Source: an uncultured Bacilli bacterium (GTDB lineage Bacteria > Bacillota_I > Bacilli_A > RF39 > UBA660). From it: a DNA stretch of 61,021 bases. Below, in pieces: positions 29,948-38,985 of the stretch. Numbering within the stretch: position 1 is the first letter of the stretch; the number at the start of each line of letters is the position of its first letter. The translations under genes were made by a program, and so were the position numbers. Location of the stretch: assembly GCA_934101275.1 (NCBI GenBank), contig CAKOQM010000002.1:1-61021 (forward strand), read 5' to 3'. The notes beneath the pieces are model-generated. The model worked only from the letters and a program-made list of their open reading frames with translations. It searched no databases and was not told the origin of the DNA.

Positions 29948-31941
29948 TGAAAAGAAATAATCAAAATACAATAAAAAATTTATTTCCTTATCTTATTTTA
30001 GTGGTTGTTATTTTTGCCGTATTAAGTTTCTTAAACTTAGGCGGTACAATAACACATGAAATTACAACAGGTGAATTAATTAAGGAAATGGGTAATAAAA
30101 ATGTCACTGAAATTACGATTACTCCTAGTAGCGAAGAAAGTGTTTACTATGTAGAAGGTAAATTAAGTAACTATAAAGATTCTGAAAAGTTTAAAGCTAC
30201 TATTGTAGAAGCTGAAGTAGAAAACATTACAAAGTATGCCGAATCAAATAATCTTAAAGTTTATGAAACGAATCCAGATCCAGGTTCTATTTCATGGATT
30301 TACATTTTAGTAAATGTGGTTCCTTTAGTTGTTTTAGTTGGTGCTTCTTACTTTATCTTTATTAAAATGGCTAATAGTAATAAAGGAAGTATGGATTTTG
30401 GTAAGAGTCGCGCTAAATTATCTGCAGATGGCGGAAAAGTTCGTTTCAAAGACGTTGCAGGTTTAAAAGAAGAAAAAGAAGAAGTAGCCGAACTTATTGA
30501 CTTCTTAAAAAATCCTAAAAAATTCCAAAAATTAGGGGCTCGTATTCCTAAAGGTGTTTTACTTGTAGGTCCTCCAGGAACTGGTAAAACTTTACTTGCT
30601 AAAGCCGTAGCTGGTGAGGCTAATGTACCATTTTACTTTATAAGTGGTTCTGATTTCGTTGAATTATTTGTTGGTGTTGGAGCAAGCCGTGTTCGTGATA
30701 TGTTTAAAGAAGCCAAAAGAAATGCTCCATGTCTAATCTTTATTGATGAAATCGATGCTGTAGGGCGTCAAAGAGGTTCTGGTATCGGTGGTGGACATGA
30801 TGAAAGAGAACAAACTTTAAACCAATTACTTACTGAAATGGATGGTTTTGGTGCTAATGAAGGTATCATTATCATTGCTGCAACTAATAGACCAGACGTT
30901 TTGGACCCTGCTTTATTAAGACCAGGACGTTTCGATAGACAAGTTACTGTAAACCTTCCCGATACAGAAGAACGAGAAGCAATATTAAAAGTTCATGCTC
31001 AAAATAAAATTTTAGCGCCTTCTGTTAACTTAAAGAGTATTTCTCAAAGAACATCAGGTTTTTCTGGTGCAGACTTAGAGAACCTAATGAATGAGGCTGC
31101 TTTACTTGCCGTACGTAAAAATGAAGATGCGATTACTTTAAAAGATATTGATGAAGCAACCGACCGTGTATTAATGGGTCCTGCTAAAACAAGTCGTAAA
31201 GTAAGTGATGACATTAAATGGTTAACCGCAGTTCATGAATCAGGTCATGCCGTATTAGGCTTAAAATTAAAAGATGCGATGGAAGTTCAAAAAATCACTA
31301 TTGTACCACGTGGTATGGCGGGTGGTTATACCGCTTATACCCCAAAAGAAGATAATATTACAAGATATACGAAAAATGAAATGATTGCCATGATTACAAG
31401 TAGTTTAGGTGGTCGTGCTGCCGAAGAATTATTCTTAGGGGATGTCACAACAGGAGCTAGCGATGACTTTAAACGTTCAACGAATCTTGCTCGTAGTATG
31501 GTTACTGAATATGGTATGAGTGATCTAGGCCCAATTCGCTATGAACAAAATACTAGTGAAAATGTTTTCTTAGGTAGAGATTATAACAAAACAAAGAACT
31601 ATTCTGATCAAGTAGCTTTAGAAATTGATAAAGAAGTTCAAAAAATCATTACCAAATGTTATGATAATGCGAAGAAAATTCTCGAAGAAAATAAAGACTT
31701 AGTCATGCTTCTTTCTCATACCTTAATTGAAAAAGAAACGATTACCAAAGAACAAATTGATGAATTAGTTAGAACAGGTAAAATCGAAGATGAAGAATTT
31801 GATATTAGTGATGAACCTACTTTAACAAAACTACGTGAAGAAGCCAAATCATTAAAAATCAAAGGTTATTCAAAAATGAGTAAAGAAGAACTTGAAGAAA
31901 AAATTAAAGAAAAAGAACAAGAGACGGAACAAAAAGATTAG
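29947..31941 (+). CDS. ftsH: ATP-dependent zinc metalloprotease FtsH
   Basis: 664 aa. Two TM segments, Walker [24 protein letters not shown] region, and zinc site HESGHAV. Confidence 0.97.
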   Translation: MKRNNQNTIKNLFPYLILVVVIFAVLSFLNLGGTITHEITTGELIKEMGNKNVTEITITPSSEESVYYVEGKLSNYKDSEKFKATIVEAEVENITKYAESNNLKVYETNPDPGSISWIYILVNVVPLVVLVGASYFIFIKMANSNKGSMDFGKSRAKLSADGGKVRFKDVAGLKEEKEEVAELIDFLKNPKKFQKLGARIPKGVLLVGPPGTGKTLLAKAVAGEANVPFYFISGSDFVELFVGVGASRVRDMFKEAKRNAPCLIFIDEIDAVGRQRGSGIGGGHDEREQTLNQLLTEMDGFGANEGIIIIAATNRPDVLDPALLRPGRFDRQVTVNLPDTEEREAILKVHAQNKILAPSVNLKSISQRTSGFSGADLENLMNEAALLAVRKNEDAITLKDIDEATDRVLMGPAKTSRKVSDDIKWLTAVHESGHAVLGLKLKDAMEVQKITIVPRGMAGGYTAYTPKEDNITRYTKNEMIAMITSSLGGRAAEELFLGDVTTGASDDFKRSTNLARSMVTEYGMSDLGPIRYEQNTSENVFLGRDYNKTKNYSDQVALEIDKEVQKIITKCYDNAKKILEENKDLVMLLSHTLIEKETITKEQIDELVRTGKIEDEEFDISDEPTLTKLREEAKSLKIKGYSKMSKEELEEKIKEKEQETEQKD

Positions 31942-31954
31942 TTTCGTCTTTTTT
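31923..31954 (+). terminator. ftsH terminator
   Basis: GACGGAAC (31923-31930) pairs with GTTTCGTC (31941-31948), giving 8 bp with one G-U. The stop codon sits in the loop, and T6 follows. Confidence 0.6.
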
Positions 31955-31997
31955 CATGTAAAATTTATTCTAATTAACAACCGTCTGGAAAATATTT

Positions 31998-32162
31998 CTA
32001 TTCTTTTTTTTCATCTTTTTTCATTTTTTCAATTTTATTTTCTAGTTGTCTTACATAATTATTAGCATGCGATAAGGCATTAGATACTCTTTTGAGTTCA
32101 CTTTTTAATTTTCTATTTTCTTCTCTTAATTTAAAATTTTGTTTTATTAAATCACTTGTCAT
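31998..32162 (-). CDS. possible 54-aa coiled-coil peptide (below ORF-track cutoff)
   Basis: The minus strand reads MTSDLIKQNFKLREENRKLKSELKRVSNALSHANNYVRQLENKIEKMKKDEKKE*. It has a heptad-like charge pattern but only a weak RBS, and it is divergent from the RT gene. Confidence 0.25.
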   Translation of the reverse strand: MTSDLIKQNFKLREENRKLKSELKRVSNALSHANNYVRQLENKIEKMKKDEKKE

Positions 32163-32288
32163 ATACTTCAATCTTTCTTTGCTATACTAAGCATTATCCT
32201 TTGTTTTAATGATAATTGCAATATTTTTATGTTCTTTTCATAAAATCTGTGAACAGTAACCTAAATGTAAAAAGAAAGCCGAAAAATG

Positions 32289-32297
32289 TGATACAAT
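32289..32297 (+). promoter_or_regulatory. extended -10 promoter candidate upstream of the RT
   Basis: TGaTACAAT, with a weak -35. It would start a transcript at about 32304. Confidence 0.35.
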
Positions 32298-32310
32298 GTA
32301 AATAATTTAG

Positions 32311-32339
32311 ATATCATTAAAATTTATGATATTTTTTTT
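32311..32339 (+). other. hairpin plus U-tract immediately 5' of the RT ribosome-binding site
   Basis: ATATCAT (32311-32317), 8-nt loop, ATGATAT (32326-32332), T7 (32333-32339). RBS GAGGTG follows 10 nt later. It could be an attenuator, an ncRNA 3' end, or part of an ncRNA. Confidence 0.35.
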
Positions 32340-32358
32340 AGAAGATTGAGGTGTTTTT

Positions 32359-33867
32359 ATGAGATTAGTAACAAGTATGAGTGCAGCAAAAGCAAAAGAA
32401 TTTTTTTTAAAATCTGAAAGTTATTTTAGTTTTGATTTACCTATATATTTTGATTTTGAATCAATTCTTCAATTATCAGATTCGTTAATCATGGGTAAAA
32501 ATTTTATGAATACAATAGTAAAAAGTAGAGCCGATGCTCCTGAAAAAAAAGAAAATGTTGATTATTTTATAATACATAATAAGGATGGAAAATATGCATG
32601 GAGACCGTTTGAATTAATTCACCCAATACTATATGTAAAACTAGTTAATGATATATGTGAATCTAAGAATTGGAGTGAAATTAAAAAAAGATTAAAAGAG
32701 TTACATTCTAATCCAAATATTATTTGTTGTAGCATGCCAGGTGAATCTAAAAGTAAAAAAACAGATAAAAAAGAAAATATTTTACGATGGTGGAATGAAT
32801 ATGAACAAAGAAGTATCTCAACATCCTTAGAATATTCATTAATGGCAAATACCGATATATCAAATTGTTATCCATCAATATACACCCATTCAATATCATG
32901 GGCATTACATACTAAATCAATCTCCAAAGCTACCAAAGGTGATTTATCATACATTGGTAATTTGATAGATAAAGATATTGTAAATATGAGATACGGGCAA
33001 ACAAACGGAATTCCTCAAGGAAGTATTTTAATGGACTTTGTTGCTGAAATTGTTTTAGGATATTGTGATGAATTACTTACAGAAAAATTAAATAACTTAA
33101 ATATAAAAGATTATAAAATTTTAAGATATAGAGATGACTACAGAATATTTTGTAATAATAGTTTTGAGTTGGAATTAATTTTAAAGAGCTTATCAGAAGT
33201 ATTAATTGAATTGAATTTTAAATTAAATACTGCAAAAACATACTCAACAAAAGATATAGTAATAAAATCTGTAAAAGATGATAAAATTAGCAGATTCATT
33301 AATCAGAATAGTTTTGAAAAATTAACTTTACAAAAACAATTGTTTTTGATAAACAAATTCAGTAAAGAATATCCTAATAGTGGCAGTCTAATTGTCTTAT
33401 TGAATGATGTTTTTAAAGAAAAAATAGAGAAAATGAAAAAAAGGCCAAACAGTTATGAACAAGTTATAAGTATTGTTATTGACATAATGTACAATAATCC
33501 AAGAACATATCCAATATGTGTAGCAATATTAAGCCATATTTTTAAATTTTTTGATAAAACAAAAATTGAAAAATATATAGATTTAATTATCAATAAGTTT
33601 AAGTCATTAACAAATACTATTTATTTAGAAATATGGTTACAACGATTAACTATTCCAATTGATAGAAATAAAAAATATTCTAGTGGAAGTATATGCGAAA
33701 AACTCTATAATAAATCAATGAATATTTGGAATTCAGAATGGTTAAGAGAGAATATTAGAAGACAATTTGATGAAAATTTAATTATCAATGAGCATGAAAT
33801 TGCAAAAATGCTATTATATTTATCACGCACAGAAGTGGATGCTTTTTCTATTGGATACGATATATAA
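32359..33867 (+). CDS. stand-alone reverse transcriptase of the Abi/UG (defence-associated, DRT-like) type
   Basis: 502 aa. TDISNCYPSIYTHS (motif A), NGIPQGSILMDFVAEIVL (motif B region), RYRDDYRIF (YxDD box at 33127-33138). It has an N-terminal extension of about 160 aa and a helical C-terminal region of about 200 aa. No intron maturase/endonuclease, retron or DGR hallmarks are visible. Confidence 0.85.
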   Translation: MRLVTSMSAAKAKEFFLKSESYFSFDLPIYFDFESILQLSDSLIMGKNFMNTIVKSRADAPEKKENVDYFIIHNKDGKYAWRPFELIHPILYVKLVNDICESKNWSEIKKRLKELHSNPNIICCSMPGESKSKKTDKKENILRWWNEYEQRSISTSLEYSLMANTDISNCYPSIYTHSISWALHTKSISKATKGDLSYIGNLIDKDIVNMRYGQTNGIPQGSILMDFVAEIVLGYCDELLTEKLNNLNIKDYKILRYRDDYRIFCNNSFELELILKSLSEVLIELNFKLNTAKTYSTKDIVIKSVKDDKISRFINQNSFEKLTLQKQLFLINKFSKEYPNSGSLIVLLNDVFKEKIEKMKKRPNSYEQVISIVIDIMYNNPRTYPICVAILSHIFKFFDKTKIEKYIDLIINKFKSLTNTIYLEIWLQRLTIPIDRNKKYSSGSICEKLYNKSMNIWNSEWLRENIRRQFDENLIINEHEIAKMLLYLSRTEVDAFSIGYDI

Positions 33868-33882
33868 AAAATACGCTGTATC

Positions 33883-34761
33883 CTAGATTGTTAGGGGTGA
33901 AAAATTATAGTCAGAGTAGCCATTACTAAAATCAATACCAGAAGTGTTATCATAAATATTATTAGAATAAGTAGAACAAACATTTATGACAGATTTCTTC
34001 ATCATAGTTAAAGGTTGATCTAATATTTCAACTGTATAATTAATCAATTTTTGAAAACAAAACCAATCTAAATAATGTTGTAAATGTTTAGTGGAAACAC
34101 CTTTAAAATGAGATAAAAAAGTTGCTGATTCGGAATGCAATGAATTTATATTTTCAAGATTATAACCATTGTTATTAACGTGAGTCCATGATTTTATTTG
34201 TTCTAAATTTATATTATTTTCTTTAGCAAATTTTTCATAAGAAGACTTACAATCTGTAATAAGACAATTTATCTTTTTTGCTTTATCTTTAAAAATACTT
34301 TTTACCTGTTCTGATGTTATTGGTCCAGTACCAGCAATTTCTAAAAAGCAATTGTCACATTCATCTATTGCTGAAGCAATACATACTTGGCGATTACTTA
34401 TACCTCTCTTTGAGCCACCTTTAGAAGACCGAGGTTTTGAAAATCTCGGCATATTTTTTGTTTTCTTTCCTTTTAAATTAATAGATTTTCTTATTATTGA
34501 AATACTATTTAAAACCTTGTGTTTTAATAAAAAAACTGTGTTTTTGTTACAATTCATTTTCGCTGCTGTCTTTTTGATAGAAAACTTATCATTCATGCAT
34601 TCAAAAAATATTAAAATTTGATTATATTTTAGCTTAGTATGTGAAAGAGGCATACTGGTACATGAACTAAATTTTTTTGAACAATCCTTGCAATAGTAGG
34701 TTTGAACTTTGTTTTTATCATGTCCGTTTTTAATAATATTGTTAGATTTACAGCGGCACAT
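33883..34761 (-). CDS. IS1595-family (ISXO2-like) DDE transposase, probably 5'-truncated IS remnant
   Basis: 292 aa. N-terminal zinc-ribbon remnant ...KSNNIIKNGHDKNKVQTYYCKDCSKKF. DDE region: ...ASAIDECDNCFLEI, CLITDCKSSYEKFA, ENINSLHSESATFLSHFKGVSTKHLQHYLDWFCF. There is no upstream UTR or inverted repeat, because the ATG abuts the ImmA fragment. Confidence 0.7.
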   Translation of the reverse strand: MCRCKSNNIIKNGHDKNKVQTYYCKDCSKKFSSCTSMPLSHTKLKYNQILIFFECMNDKFSIKKTAAKMNCNKNTVFLLKHKVLNSISIIRKSINLKGKKTKNMPRFSKPRSSKGGSKRGISNRQVCIASAIDECDNCFLEIAGTGPITSEQVKSIFKDKAKKINCLITDCKSSYEKFAKENNINLEQIKSWTHVNNNGYNLENINSLHSESATFLSHFKGVSTKHLQHYLDWFCFQKLINYTVEILDQPLTMMKKSVINVCSTYSNNIYDNTSGIDFSNGYSDYNFSPLTI

Positions 34762-34965
34762 GAGTTAGGTCATATATTATTGCATACAGGAATTAAAGCC
34801 AATAATTTTTTATGTCCAATATCTGGTACAAAGAATGATATCGAAAAAGAAGCATACTCTTTTGCATCTAATTTACTTATGCCAATGGCTGAATTAAATA
34901 AAAGAGTCGACTTATATCAAGATGAAAATGGAAAAGTGGGATTGGATGAATGTTTACAACATTAA
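34744..34965 (+). pseudogene. ImmA/IrrE-family zinc metallopeptidase, N-terminally truncated fragment
   Basis: RFTAAHELGHILLH (HExxH) ... EKEAYSFASNLLMPMAEL matches the ImmA/IrrE (COG2856) core. Sequence upstream of about 34744 is the antisense of the transposase gene, so the N-terminal part of the gene is missing. Confidence 0.6.
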
Positions 34966-35016
34966 CATATAAATTCTTGTTAATTATTTTTTATAATTCG
35001 CTAAAATAAAGATGCT

Positions 35017-35367
35017 ATGTTATACTATCTATATAACCTAGGAAGTGATTATGTGAAAGAACTTGAAGAAAAAATAGTTAAGTTTGCTAAGGATAGGGAT
35101 TGGTTACAATTTAATACGCCAGAAAACTTGGCTAAATCGATTTCTATTGAAGCTGGCGAGCTCCTTGAATGTTTTCAATGGAACAATAATTATGATAAAA
35201 ATGAATTAAAGTATGAAATAGCTGATGTGCTTAATTATTGTATTCTGCTTTGTCATCAGATAGGCGTTGACCCTAAAGAAATAGTTTTAGAAAAAATGGA
35301 TATTAGCGCTCAAAAATATCCTATTGAAAAAGCAAAAGGTAAGAGTACAAAATACGATAAATTATAG
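35017..35367 (+). CDS. MazG-like nucleotide pyrophosphohydrolase (small all-alpha type)
   Basis: FAKDRDWLQFNTPENLAKSISIEAGELLECFQW...EIADVLNYCILL. The likely true start is GTG 35053 (MKELEEKI..., RBS AGGAAG), giving 104 aa. Confidence 0.8.
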   Translation: MLYYLYNLGSDYVKELEEKIVKFAKDRDWLQFNTPENLAKSISIEAGELLECFQWNNNYDKNELKYEIADVLNYCILLCHQIGVDPKEIVLEKMDISAQKYPIEKAKGKSTKYDKL

Positions 35368-35406
35368 AAAGTTTAACGTTTGAATAATGGTTTGTAGGTG
35401 AAGTAA

Positions 35407-37287
35407 ATGTTAGTTTATGAAGGAATAAAATCTGAATTTATGGATGATGTTGACTTAGGGATTATTGCAGATAAAATTAGAAATAAATATATAGAAGTTA
35501 TTAAAAGAAAACCTAGTATTCCCGAATTTGACTCTTGGAAAAATTCTTTACAATATATGAGAGGAGTTCTAAGTGATAACGAGATACCAAATAACAGTGG
35601 TATTGCCATAGAATACAATATACCTCCTACTGGTTGTAGAATTGATTTTATGATGTCAGGTTATAATAAAGAAAAGTCTAATATAATTATTATTGAATTG
35701 AAACAGTGGAGTGTTGCTAAAGAAGTAGATGAAGTTGATGGCATCTATAAAGTAAATACTTATACAGGACATAGTTTAAGAGATGTTGTTCATCCGTCAT
35801 ATCAAGCTATGACATATGCTAATCTAATAAAAGATTATAATGAACTAGTACAACAAAAAAATATAAATGTAATACCTTGTGCCTATCTGCATAATTACTA
35901 CTTTGAGGATGATGACACATTACTTTCTGGTCATTACAAAGAATATATAGACAATGCTCCTTTGTTTGGTCATAATGATGTGGTTAAATTAAGAAACTTT
36001 ATAAAAAAATACATATTAGAAGGTGACGACGGCAACTTACTTTATGAAATTGAAAGTGGAAAAATAAGACCATCAAAAATGTTGCAGGATTCTTTAAGCG
36101 ACATGCTAAAAGGTAATAAAGAATTTTACATGATTGATAATCAGAAAATAATTTATGAATATGCCATTAGAAATGCCATTGATACTATTTCTAAAAATAA
36201 GAAAAGCGTTATGATTATAAGAGGTGGTCCTGGAACTGGAAAATCTGTGTTGGCTATCAACCTTCTTGTTGAATTAAATAATAGAAATATGACATGCTTT
36301 TATGTAACTAAAAATATGGCTCCTAGAAATGTTTATTCAACTAAATTACGAGGAAATTTCACAAAAACATATATCAATCATTTATTTCAAGGCTCCGGTA
36401 ATTTTATAGATGCTGAAAAAAATGAATTAGATTGTTTAATAGTTGATGAAGCACATAGATTAACTGAAAAGTCAGGCAGTTATCAAAACAAAGGCGAAAA
36501 TCAAGTTAAAGAGATTATTAATGCCTCAAGATTTTCTGTATTTTTTCTTGACGAAGACCAAAGGGTAACTTTAAGAGATATTGGTAGTGAAGACTTAATT
36601 AAAAAATATGCTAATGAACTCGGGGCAGGTATATACTTATTTGAATTAGATAGTCAGTTTCGTTGCAATGGTTCGGATGGTTACTTAGCCTGGCTTGATA
36701 GGATTTTAGAAATCAGAGATACAGCTAATCTTGATATAGATGGTTTTGATTATGATTTTAGAGTACTTGATGATCCAAATGAATTAAGAAAATTGATTGA
36801 AGAAAAAAATCGTCTTAATAATAAATCACGCATTGTTGCAGGTTACTGTTGGGAATGGCCAAAAGGAAGTTCTAGAAATAATACAAATTATCATGAAATA
36901 CAAATTTCTGAGAAAAATTTTGAAATGAGTTGGAATTTAGAGGCTGGTGAGTCTTTTGCAATAGGTTCTACATCTGTTAATGAGGTAGGATGTATTCATA
37001 CCGTTCAAGGATTGGAATTTGATTATATTGGTGTCATAATTGGGAACGATATGAGATATGAAAATGAACATGTTGTGACAGATTACAGAAAAAGAGCTAA
37101 AAGTGACAGTTCATTAAAAGGCATAAATAAAATAGCCAAAGAACAGGGTCAAGAAACAGCAGATGAAATTGCTGGAAAAATCATAAAAAATACGTATAGA
37201 ACATTAATGACCCGCGGATTAAAAGGATGTTATGTTTATTGTACTGATGAAAAATTAAGTGAATATATAAAGAAAAATATAAAGTAG
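35407..37287 (+). CDS. DUF2075-type nuclease-helicase (Nhi-like: PD-(D/E)xK domain plus SF1 ATPase)
   Basis: 626 aa. GCRIDFMMSG...IIIIELKQW (D...ExK), Walker A RGGPGTGKSVLA, Walker B LIVDEAHRL, C-terminal IHTVQGLEFDYIGVIIG and YRTLMTRGLKGCYVYC. Confidence 0.75.
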   Translation: MLVYEGIKSEFMDDVDLGIIADKIRNKYIEVIKRKPSIPEFDSWKNSLQYMRGVLSDNEIPNNSGIAIEYNIPPTGCRIDFMMSGYNKEKSNIIIIELKQWSVAKEVDEVDGIYKVNTYTGHSLRDVVHPSYQAMTYANLIKDYNELVQQKNINVIPCAYLHNYYFEDDDTLLSGHYKEYIDNAPLFGHNDVVKLRNFIKKYILEGDDGNLLYEIESGKIRPSKMLQDSLSDMLKGNKEFYMIDNQKIIYEYAIRNAIDTISKNKKSVMIIRGGPGTGKSVLAINLLVELNNRNMTCFYVTKNMAPRNVYSTKLRGNFTKTYINHLFQGSGNFIDAEKNELDCLIVDEAHRLTEKSGSYQNKGENQVKEIINASRFSVFFLDEDQRVTLRDIGSEDLIKKYANELGAGIYLFELDSQFRCNGSDGYLAWLDRILEIRDTANLDIDGFDYDFRVLDDPNELRKLIEEKNRLNNKSRIVAGYCWEWPKGSSRNNTNYHEIQISEKNFEMSWNLEAGESFAIGSTSVNEVGCIHTVQGLEFDYIGVIIGNDMRYENEHVVTDYRKRAKSDSSLKGINKIAKEQGQETADEIAGKIIKNTYRTLMTRGLKGCYVYCTDEKLSEYIKKNIK

Positions 37288-37321
37288 CTTTTGAGAGCAT
37301 TTATGATGGGAATGGTAGTTT

Positions 37322-38893
37322 ATGAAAATGTCTGAGGAAATAAAAGATTTTGGTAAAGAATATGTTTATGAACAATATACGAGAATTGTAGAAGATTTTA
37401 AGGAATATGAGAAGATAACAAAGACGAAAATGTTAGAGGCCATTTATAAAGTTTATGAGGATTCTTATAATATTATTGATATTTGTACAACAAGAGAACT
37501 AAAATTTTTAAAAATGACATTAGATTATATGGTAAATCATCATGATGATTCATCAAAACAAATGCTATTTTCTGATAAATATAATTGGGAAAGGAATATT
37601 CTAAGAGATAAATTTTTGCTTTATCGTTCTTTTGATGATGATATTAGTATTCCTGAAGAAATAGTAGATAAAGTAAAGGAAGCTTTAAAAAAGGTTAAGT
37701 GGGCTGACCAAAAGAAAATAGATGATATCAATGAATTTTTAGTAAGTTATTGTAAAATGCAAGGTTCAGCCTTTTTGCCATCTGTTTGTCAAATTGGTTC
37801 GGTTGTCACAGGGGCAAAAGAAGAATCATTATGGCAACACATGTTAAATAATAAATTATTTAATTATTATGTTTTCCTTCGTTTACAAGAAGTCGAAGAC
37901 TTAAAAGAACCAATGCCTGTTGCTATCTTTAATGACTTTTTTGATATTGCAGATGACTTAGATGAACAAAGAAAAAAACAAGGTCTTGCTGGTAATATAA
38001 ATATTGACTCGAAAAAATTTAAAACAATGTTTTATAATGATTTTGATATTTATAATCCTAAAATCAAAAAATTTCTAAAAGAGTTACGTGATTTATCTTT
38101 TTGTTGGCCATCAGTCATTAAGCCAATTAGAGATTATGCTATGCTTAATCTTGAAAGAGATTCTTTAAAAGAGCTTATAAAAAGTGTTCCTGCTTTAAAC
38201 AATATAGATTTAACTAAATTTTTTAAAATCTTAGATGAAGCGATGGACGAGATGCCATCTGGGGCTTTAAATGGCTGTACCCCTAATGAAGCTAAACAGA
38301 TTAAAGTGCGAGAATTAAAAAATAGAATGAATAAAGAAGAAAGATATGTTGAGCAAAAAAATGCCTGTTTATCTAAAAAAGATGTCGACTTATTTTATAA
38401 AATCTATTTTACTTTATTAGAATTTACGAACGAAAAATATAAGATAAATCCTCATCTTAAACTTTATAATCAAAAAGCCATCAATCCAGCTGAAATGGAA
38501 GATGTTATAAATAAATATTGGGAGAATAAGGAATTTATAACGACAGAATTTTGTCTAGCTAATCCTTATAAATTTAATAAGGAAGAGTTAAGTTTAACCA
38601 GTGAATTTAAAAAAGGTATTAGAAGAATGTTTATTATTTGTCGTTATGAAGAAGAATACACGGCTTTATTAACCGAAGAAAAAGTTTATATGATAAAGGG
38701 CTTAAATGTTAATATTGATGAAATTATTCCTTATGATGAACTACCTTATGCGGTTACAACATCAATTATTCCTTTTAAAGGTAATTTAGTTTACGATAGT
38801 TTGTTTTTTGGCACTGACATAAAATTAGGCGTAGGCTTTGAGGAAATGATTGATAAAGAGTATGAACAAACAATGAAATATTATCACTTGTAA
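37322..38893 (+). CDS. 523-aa hypothetical protein, no recognisable motif
   Basis: A long uninterrupted ORF, co-oriented 34 nt after the helicase gene and followed by a strong terminator. No P-loop, nuclease or TM signature was seen. Confidence 0.6.
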   Translation: MKMSEEIKDFGKEYVYEQYTRIVEDFKEYEKITKTKMLEAIYKVYEDSYNIIDICTTRELKFLKMTLDYMVNHHDDSSKQMLFSDKYNWERNILRDKFLLYRSFDDDISIPEEIVDKVKEALKKVKWADQKKIDDINEFLVSYCKMQGSAFLPSVCQIGSVVTGAKEESLWQHMLNNKLFNYYVFLRLQEVEDLKEPMPVAIFNDFFDIADDLDEQRKKQGLAGNINIDSKKFKTMFYNDFDIYNPKIKKFLKELRDLSFCWPSVIKPIRDYAMLNLERDSLKELIKSVPALNNIDLTKFFKILDEAMDEMPSGALNGCTPNEAKQIKVRELKNRMNKEERYVEQKNACLSKKDVDLFYKIYFTLLEFTNEKYKINPHLKLYNQKAINPAEMEDVINKYWENKEFITTEFCLANPYKFNKEELSLTSEFKKGIRRMFIICRYEEEYTALLTEEKVYMIKGLNVNIDEIIPYDELPYAVTTSIIPFKGNLVYDSLFFGTDIKLGVGFEEMIDKEYEQTMKYYHL

Positions 38894-38985
38894 TTATTTA
38901 TGATAAAAATAAGAATAGTTTAGAATTGAAATTAAAGAAAAGGCTGAATAATTAATAATACGGGATTAATAACCATTATGAATTT

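Noticed and set aside
32163-33867. Retron, group II intron or DGR interpretation of the reverse transcriptase
   Set aside because: The protein is much longer than typical retron RTs. I found no VTG motif, and no flanking a1/a2 inverted repeats with a msr/msd-like structure. There is no maturase X or endonuclease domain and no intron-like RNA domains. There are no DGR template or variable repeats and no accessory gene. An Abi/UG-type assignment fits better, but this is not proven without an HMM search.
34352-34761. ORF 34352-34621(+) and the first ~14 codons of ORF 34702-34965(+)
   Set aside because: They are antisense to the transposase gene. Only the part from about 34744 onward (RFTAAHELGH...) shows ImmA/IrrE similarity.
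35415-35618. 67-aa minus-strand ORF inside the DUF2075 gene
   Set aside because: It is antisense to a well-supported long ORF.
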